Below are positions 17,409-23,071 of a DNA stretch of 23,071 bases, in pieces (within the stretch, counting starts at the first letter, position 1; each line of letters starts with the position of its first letter). Both the position numbers and the translations under genes were made by a program. The notes beneath the pieces were generated by a model. It worked only from the letters and a program-made list of their open reading frames with translations, was not told the DNA's origin and made no database searches. Origin of the DNA: Oligoflexales bacterium (GTDB taxonomy: Bacteria > Bdellovibrionota_B > Oligoflexia > Oligoflexales > CAIYRB01); assembly GCA_041736175.1 (NCBI GenBank), contig JBGSUI010000129.1, positions 1 to 23,071 of the forward strand, given 5' to 3'.

Positions 17409-18185
17409 ATGAGCCTCCTGATAGGCACCATGCTTGTAGCCTTTGTGGGGCCCGTGACCAGTCTGCTCTGGCAAAGCCCATACCTGAGGCGTTGGTTGCG
17501 CGGGTTCCGCGGGAGAGGAGGGGAGGGCAGTGGAGTCGACCGGTGGGCCCATTGGCTCCACAAGGGAGCCTTTGGTTTGATGCTGGTGGCCCTAGGTATC
17601 AACGTAATCCCCTTTAATATGCAAGCCCTTGGATGGTGGTCCGTGGCTATCACCGCAGCGAGTGCTTTTTTGACGTGGGCGGTGCCCATGGTCTTGCCCG
17701 TGATATTGAGGAGTGTCTCCCAATCTGCGACCTCAAACGCGCCCTGGCGAACCATTGATCCACGACTCCCTCTGACGATGATGGCCCTGGCTGGTTTTTT
17801 CATCCATGCCATGGCAGACGGAGCCTCACTGTATTCCTTTGGTGATGGGATCCAACAGTCCTGGGGATTCATTTTGATTTTGGACCGGATGGCCGTAGGT
17901 TTTTTTGTTTGGGTATTGGTGGGTACGCTTAACATCCCCCAAGACCTGCAGCCCTACCAAACCTACTTTGCCTGGCTGGCTCTGGTCCTTCTTTGTGTAG
18001 CCACTGCTTTGGGCTATTTTATGATGCAGTATGTGGTTCAAATCGTCACGGATCCACTGATTTTGGGGTCGATCCAATCGGTGCTTGCCGGTTTGGTGCT
18101 CCAGCTTGTCCTGGGCAATCGTCATGGCCACTCCAAGAGTTTCCAGTCTGCACCACAGATTCCCATGACGATCGCGGCGAAATAA
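17409..18185 (+). CDS. Polytopic membrane protein, ZIP/ZupT-like metal transporter (degenerate motifs)
   Basis: About 8 hydrophobic segments; FIHAMADG resembles the ZIP TM4 H..xDG/EG motif, ILDRMAVG sits at the TM5 position, and there is a C-terminal HGH. Confidence 0.5.
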   Translation: MSLLIGTMLVAFVGPVTSLLWQSPYLRRWLRGFRGRGGEGSGVDRWAHWLHKGAFGLMLVALGINVIPFNMQALGWWSVAITAASAFLTWAVPMVLPVILRSVSQSATSNAPWRTIDPRLPLTMMALAGFFIHAMADGASLYSFGDGIQQSWGFILILDRMAVGFFVWVLVGTLNIPQDLQPYQTYFAWLALVLLCVATALGYFMMQYVVQIVTDPLILGSIQSVLAGLVLQLVLGNRHGHSKSFQSAPQIPMTIAAK

Positions 18186-18199
18186 GTTACCATTTAACT

Positions 18200-19234
18200 A
18201 TGACGCTAAAGACCACGACAGCACAGATAATCAAACAAGTCTTTCCTATCGACTTTCATTGGCCGACCATCGATCCGTTTTTGTTTTGTGCTTACCATAA
18301 AGACTCCTATCCTACGGCCAACCAGGATCTCGGTCCCTCCGGCAGCCTTGCGGGCAGGAATCTCGGTATGGATTTCCAAATAAAAGATGGTTTTCGGATG
18401 TACCATGGGACCAAGATCCCTGGTTTTCCAGCTCACCCTCACCGGGGGTTTGAGACTGTGACCATCGTACAAACGGGACTCGTGGATCACGCTGATTCCA
18501 TCGGTGCAGCGGGGCGTTATGGAAATGGCGACGTTCAGTGGATGACCGCCGGCAAGGGGATCCAGCATTCCGAAATGTTTCCACTGCTCAACAAGACCGA
18601 AGCCAATCCCCTTGAGCTGTTTCAAGTGTGGCTTAATCTTCCTAAAGCGAGCAAGTTTGTCGAACCCCACTTCACTATGTTTTGGGGGCCTCAAATTCCC
18701 AGCGTGAGACAAGAGGGTGTCTCGGTCAAGGTGGTTGCAGGCAAACTCGAAACTCCAAAATCCCTTATCCCCCTTATGCCGCCACCCAATTCCTGGGCAG
18801 CCAGCCTTGATCACCAGGTCGCCATCTGGCTGATCACTTTAGACAAAGACGCTCAGTGGACCCTGCCCACAGCGTCCAAGGAAACAGGAAGAAGCCTCTA
18901 CTTTTATGGGGGAGACTCGGCCCGTTTTGGCGAGCTGACCCTGGGGGTCAATCACGGCCTGACCGTCGCAGCGGACATGCCACTCACCCTTAAAAATCTG
19001 GGACAGGCCCCCGCCTCGTTTGTCTTGCTCCAGGGCAAACCTATCGGTGAGCCTGTAGTGCAACATGGGCCCTTTGTGATGAACACCAAAGCGGAGATTA
19101 ACACCGCGATCGATGACTATCGAAAGACCCAGTTTGGTGGATGGCCTTGGCCGAGGCAGGATATGGTCCATGACGTCGGTCTTAAAAGATTTGCTCGTTT
19201 TCCGGACGGCAAGCGGGAAGAACCTAAGCCCTGA
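18200..19234 (+). CDS. Pirin family bicupin protein
   Basis: DPFLF, GFPAHPHRGFETVT, HADS.G, WMTAGKGIQHSEM, QVWLNLP, GKPIGEPVVQHGPFVMNT. Start moved to ATG 18200 to avoid overlap with the upstream gene. Confidence 0.93.
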   Translation: MTLKTTTAQIIKQVFPIDFHWPTIDPFLFCAYHKDSYPTANQDLGPSGSLAGRNLGMDFQIKDGFRMYHGTKIPGFPAHPHRGFETVTIVQTGLVDHADSIGAAGRYGNGDVQWMTAGKGIQHSEMFPLLNKTEANPLELFQVWLNLPKASKFVEPHFTMFWGPQIPSVRQEGVSVKVVAGKLETPKSLIPLMPPPNSWAASLDHQVAIWLITLDKDAQWTLPTASKETGRSLYFYGGDSARFGELTLGVNHGLTVAADMPLTLKNLGQAPASFVLLQGKPIGEPVVQHGPFVMNTKAEINTAIDDYRKTQFGGWPWPRQDMVHDVGLKRFARFPDGKREEPKP

Positions 19235-19238
19235 GAGC

Positions 19239-20393
19239 TTAGGGAGCCACCGTGATCTGGGTCCCACCGATATCGACGGTCTCATCCAAGTACACCCGAC
19301 ACTCAATGGATTTGATTTCGGCAACTGGCGGGAAATTTTGTTTACAAGAGTAGGTTCGGTAGGGAGTGGTCTCGGTTTTATCGGTGCTGCGTATGCGACC
19401 GAGTGGGATTACTTCGAGGGTCTCTCCATTGACAATCCATTCATGGGCGACCTTGGCAATCAACCCACTCGGGGAGACCACGGGGGTCATACAGCAAAGA
19501 TTGGCCCTACCTGAAAAAGCCTTTTCCAGCTTTGCCCTCGAAACTTTCCGTGGCAGTCTCTCCCTCAGGGCGCCCTGGGATATTTCCAGTCCAAGCGTGG
19601 GTTTTCGGACCCAAACCGAGAGGAGCGGCACCCGCATCCACTCGCCGGTAAAAAATTGGAGCGATATGGAACCGATGACGATTGCAACCAGGGCGATTTC
19701 GTGAAAGTAGGGCCGTCTTGGAGGGAAGAAGGCCGACCAGGGTAGGACGGCAATCAGAGTTGCTGATGCCATCACGGGATAAAAATGGCTAAAGGCTCGC
19801 GGAAACAGCACAGCAAACGAAAAGGAAGTGGCTAAAACAGCGGCAGTCCCACGAATGATCGAGCCATACCAACTTTTCAAAACAAGCCGTTGCCACCAGT
19901 CTTCCCAAAGAGTCGAAGCGGCGGTGATGGTGGTGAGAGCTAGGGTGCCCCATGCCTCTGCTGCATAGAGGAGCGGGATGCAAAACATGGTGATATATTG
20001 AATGCAGTATTGGGTTGCCTGGACCGCAAAGCTTTCTACGATCTTTGGTTTAGACATATAACCAATAAAAGTTTTAAGGGGTGAGACCTGGTTGACAGCC
20101 TCAGGTGCTATGAGGTGTTTTTCCCACTTTTGTAGCCACTTTTCCCCAAGCCCATTAAGCCAGAGCTTTAGAAAAATCGAGACGATCAGCATACAGCCAA
20201 GGGATGCGGCCAGGTAGCTCGAATGGGCGTAGTCTCTGGTGATATAAATCGCGGAGACCACGCCCCAAATCAGAGATAGGACAGGAAAGACGACGGACAG
20301 TCGTCCAAATTTTTGGTTGACCTGCTGTCTCCACAGTAAAAGAGAGTGGATGACTAGAAATAACTTTTCTAATTTTGCACGATATTTTGCCAT
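19239..20393 (-). CDS. Membrane protein with a C-terminal DUF2914-like domain
   Basis: Multi-TM N-terminal two thirds. The C-terminal T...SP.GL...V.HEW...G.....IPL...YRTYS.K.NFP...CRV...IG pattern matches the DUF2914 style. AGGAG 10-12 nt upstream. Confidence 0.65.
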   Translation of the reverse strand: MAKYRAKLEKLFLVIHSLLLWRQQVNQKFGRLSVVFPVLSLIWGVVSAIYITRDYAHSSYLAASLGCMLIVSIFLKLWLNGLGEKWLQKWEKHLIAPEAVNQVSPLKTFIGYMSKPKIVESFAVQATQYCIQYITMFCIPLLYAAEAWGTLALTTITAASTLWEDWWQRLVLKSWYGSIIRGTAAVLATSFSFAVLFPRAFSHFYPVMASATLIAVLPWSAFFPPRRPYFHEIALVAIVIGSISLQFFTGEWMRVPLLSVWVRKPTLGLEISQGALRERLPRKVSRAKLEKAFSGRANLCCMTPVVSPSGLIAKVAHEWIVNGETLEVIPLGRIRSTDKTETTPYRTYSCKQNFPPVAEIKSIECRVYLDETVDIGGTQITVAP

Positions 20394-20604
20394 CGCCTAG
20401 ATATCTCCTGCACTATCATCGCTCTAGGCGGGTCCGATGGTCAAGATGGGCCTCCAGGGGGATGTTTTGGATTGTTTGATTGATAAGAAATCTATTGTTT
20501 TAATTTATTTAAATAAAATCAATAAAGACTAGCACTGATTGTCACGAAAATGTTAATAGATTTAGTTCTCGTTTTTTATTCTGTTATGGATTCGGGGAAA
20601 CGAT

Positions 20605-21804
20605 ATGCATTTGCCTCCACTGATACAAGACCTTTCCGTGATCCTTGGGGTTGCAGCGGTGATCACTTTTTTGTTTCGACTGATGAAACAACCCTTGGTC
20701 CTGGGATATATTGTGGCAGGGATCATCGTGGGACCCTACACTCCGCCGGTTTTTTCAGTGGTGGATGTGGAAAGCGTAAAGGTATGGGCCGAGCTGGGGG
20801 TTATCTTTTTGATGTTTTCCCTCGGACTTGAGTTTAGCTTTAGGCGGTTAGCCAAGGTGGGGATCTCTGCTGGACTGACGGCGGTGATACAGATAGTGAC
20901 GATGATTGTCTTAGGAAATATAACAGCCAAATTCCTTGGCTTCACCTCGATGGATGGTGTTTTTCTGGGCTGCATGATTGCCATATCCTCTACGACCATC
21001 ATCATAAAGGCTTTGGAAGAGCAGGGGCTCAAGACCAAGCGGTTTGCAGAACTGGTTTTTGGTATCTTAATCGTCGAAGATCTGGCGGCCATCGTCATGC
21101 TGGTCGCTCTGGCTAGTATCGCAAGCAAGTCTACTATCAGCAGTATGGATCTCTTAGGAGCTGGAGCTAAGCTAGCCTTGGTGGTGGGCTCATGGATTGT
21201 GATCGGCATGTTCGTGGTGCCACGGCTGGTCCGTGCGGTGGGGCGGCGCGGGAACAACGAGATGATGATTGTTTTTTCCCTGGGGCTTTGTCTGGCACTT
21301 GTTTCCCTATCAGCTTATTTCCATTATTCGGTGGCGCTTGGTGCCTTTATAATGGGTTCGATCTTAGCAGAAACCCGGGAGGTCCATCGCATCGAAGAGC
21401 TTGTCGGGCCACTCAAAGATGTGTTTGGAGCAGTTTTCTTCGTGTCGGTGGGTATGCTCCTTGACCCGCAGATTATATTGAGCAACGGGCCCAGCATCCT
21501 CCTCATATGTGCGGTCATCATTTTTGGCAAAGTCATCTCCGTGGTGCTCGGGACAATCCTTACGGGGCAGCCCTTGGGGACTGCCGTGTCTTGTGGTTTT
21601 AGCATGGCCCAAATCGGTGAGTTTTCCTTTATCATTGCGACCCTTGGTCTATCCTTTGGGGCTATTCGTCCCGAGCTTTATCCGATGATTGTGGCTGCGT
21701 CCCTGATCACGACTTTCACGACACCCTATATGATTAGGGTGCGGCTCCTTTTGGGCGACAGCCTTTTAATCAGACGTTATAGCCATTTTTACCAAAAAAT
21801 GTGA
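20605..21804 (+). pseudogene. Cation:proton antiporter-2 (CPA2, Kef-like), C-terminally interrupted by an IS
   Basis: QPLVLGYIVAG, ELGVIFLMFSLGLEF, AISSTTII, GILIVED, LGAFIMG, FFVSVGM, AQIGEFSFII. The native sequence ends at TTPYMI (codon 377) where the IS end begins; residues 378-399 are IS-derived. Confidence 0.8.
21737..21752 (+). repeat. Probable left terminal inverted repeat of the IS
   Basis: GGGTGCGGCTCCTTTT resembles ISKra4-type ends as I recall them (right end ...GAGCCGCACCC) and coincides with the loss of antiporter-like sequence. The partner IR is outside the window. Confidence 0.65.
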
Positions 21805-21849
21805 TTTGAATAGAGAAAAAGATCACCAATATCACGAATAATCCATAAT

Positions 21850-21862
21850 ATTCAAATGGTTA
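21850..21862 (+). promoter_or_regulatory. Candidate IHF-binding site in the IS left end
   Basis: ATTCAA-ATGG-TTA versus the consensus WATCAANNNNTTR (1 mismatch), in an AT-rich context. Confidence 0.35.
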
Positions 21863-21957
21863 TAGAATTTTTTTTGTTGCAGAAGCCTCCGCTTTCTAGT
21901 ATTTTTTCAGTTGTCAAAACCTACTGATAATACATGCAAAAGCGGAGACTGATACTG

Positions 21958-23071
21958 ATGGAAGCATTAAAACTAAATAATATCCAGTCATTTAATAACT
22001 CCAGGATAGGTTTTTCTGCACTCCTCGATGAGCTAAGCGAAAAATCAGCGCAAAAATTGGATTTTGCTGGGCTTGAAGAACTGGTAACAGCCAAAGGCAG
22101 AGAAGTCCTGCGCTTGGTCGTGGAAGAAGCCCTCGCCATTCGGGACCATGGTGATGTCGGGAAGTCGGTGACTGGGGCGGATGAAATACCCCGCACTCAT
22201 CGCAAAACCCGCCCTAGGACGCTTCAAACAGGTTTGGGCGAGGTTTGCATCAATCGAGTCCTTTATAGCAAACCTGGACTCGAGTCACTGGCTCCAAAGG
22301 ATGCACTCTTGAACCTACCCCCTGAAAAATATTCTTTTCCCCTCCAAAAACATGTCATACGAGAATGTATCAGAGGGTCATTTGACTCAGCAAAAACATC
22401 GGTCCACGCTGCGTTGGGAAACAGTATACCGAAGCGCCAAGAGGAGGAAATTCTGGTAAAAGCGGCACAGGATTTTGACGATTTTTATCTGACTAGATCC
22501 GTCAAAAATCACCGGGAAGTCAACAAAAACAGCGATTTTTTGGTACTATCAACAGACGGCAAGGGAATCGTACTGCGAAAGGAGGGACTTAGAGAGGCAA
22601 CCAGAAAACGAGCTGAAGCCAACGAGCATAAGATGACGACTCGCCTGTCAAAAGGAGAGAAAAGTAACGGTAAAAGGATGGCTCAAGTGGCCACTGTATA
22701 TAGCATAAAGTGCCATAAGCGGACGATCGAAGATATCCTCGGCAAAGAAAAGACCGATGCACCAAAACCGGAATCAAAGCGAATCTGGGCGAGTCTCGAA
22801 CAAGACCAAAAAACAGTCATAAAATCGATGTTCGATGAAGCTTCCCAGCGTGACCCTAAACAATGTCGATCATGGGTTATTCTAGTCGATGGGCAAAAAG
22901 CACAACTAGAACAGATTAAAAAAGAAGTTGCAAAACGCAAGCGCAAAGCCACCATCATACTTGATATAGTTCATGTTATTGAATACTTGTGGAAGGCAGC
23001 TCATGAATTTTTCAAGGAAGGCACCAAAGAATGTGAGGAGTGGGTCAAGAAGAATTATGAACGAGTCCTTA
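21958..23071 (+). CDS. ISKra4 family DDE transposase (3' partial; absent from the ORF track)
   Basis: Hand translation is open from ATG 21958 (GGAG RBS) to the window end: GREVLR, GEV...R..Y, LAPKDALLNLP.EKYS, IPKRQ, DFDDFY, LSTDGKGIVLR...LREATR, RLSKGEK..KRMAQVATVY, WASLE, WVILVDG, ILDIVHVIEYLWKAA. Confidence 0.92.
   Translation, partial: MEALKLNNIQSFNNSRIGFSALLDELSEKSAQKLDFAGLEELVTAKGREVLRLVVEEALAIRDHGDVGKSVTGADEIPRTHRKTRPRTLQTGLGEVCINRVLYSKPGLESLAPKDALLNLPPEKYSFPLQKHVIRECIRGSFDSAKTSVHAALGNSIPKRQEEEILVKAAQDFDDFYLTRSVKNHREVNKNSDFLVLSTDGKGIVLRKEGLREATRKRAEANEHKMTTRLSKGEKSNGKRMAQVATVYSIKCHKRTIEDILGKEKTDAPKPESKRIWASLEQDQKTVIKSMFDEASQRDPKQCRSWVILVDGQKAQLEQIKKEVAKRKRKATIILDIVHVIEYLWKAAHEFFKEGTKECEEWVKKNYERVL

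Larger units (their letters stand above)
21737..23071 (+). mobile_element. ISKra4-family insertion sequence (left part; continues beyond the window)
   Basis: Abrupt compositional switch at GGGTGCGGCTCCTTTT, an AT-rich spacer of about 220 bp, then an ISKra4-type DDE transposase. Confidence 0.85.

Noticed and set aside
17993..18199. N-terminal extension of pirin as given in the ORF track
   Set aside because: It overlaps the upstream membrane gene by about 190 nt in another frame and looks non-coding; ATG 18200 fits better.
21921..22958. Short minus-strand ORFs in the IS as passenger genes
   Set aside because: They are antisense shadows of the uninterrupted transposase frame and have no recognisable motifs.

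Overview
Bacterial chromosomal window of moderate GC. Gene order and protein style suggest a deltaproteobacteria-like lineage, possibly Bdellovibrionota/Oligoflexia (inference only). From left to right: the 3' end of an unknown gene; a minus-strand sugar cassette (two CDP-tyvelose-epimerase-like SDRs plus a DPM1-like GT2); a divergent HEXXH lipoprotein; a stand-alone DarT2-DarG DNA ADP-ribosylation toxin-antitoxin pair with a macrodomain-only antitoxin; aspartokinase; a sigma54-promoter-driven pair of small proteins (coiled-coil protein and DUF883/ElaB-like); uppS-cdsA; a divergent RsmI; the rho-rpmE-prfA-prmC-AI-2E cluster, with a candidate structured leader before rpmE and an 82-aa disordered Rho N-terminus; a small membrane protein, a ZIP-like protein, pirin and a DUF2914-like protein; and a CPA2 antiporter cut right after its transporter domain by an ISKra4-family IS whose transposase (missing from the ORF track) runs off the window. 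No rRNA, tRNA or CRISPR array was seen. All calls come from motif reading by eye, with no database searches.
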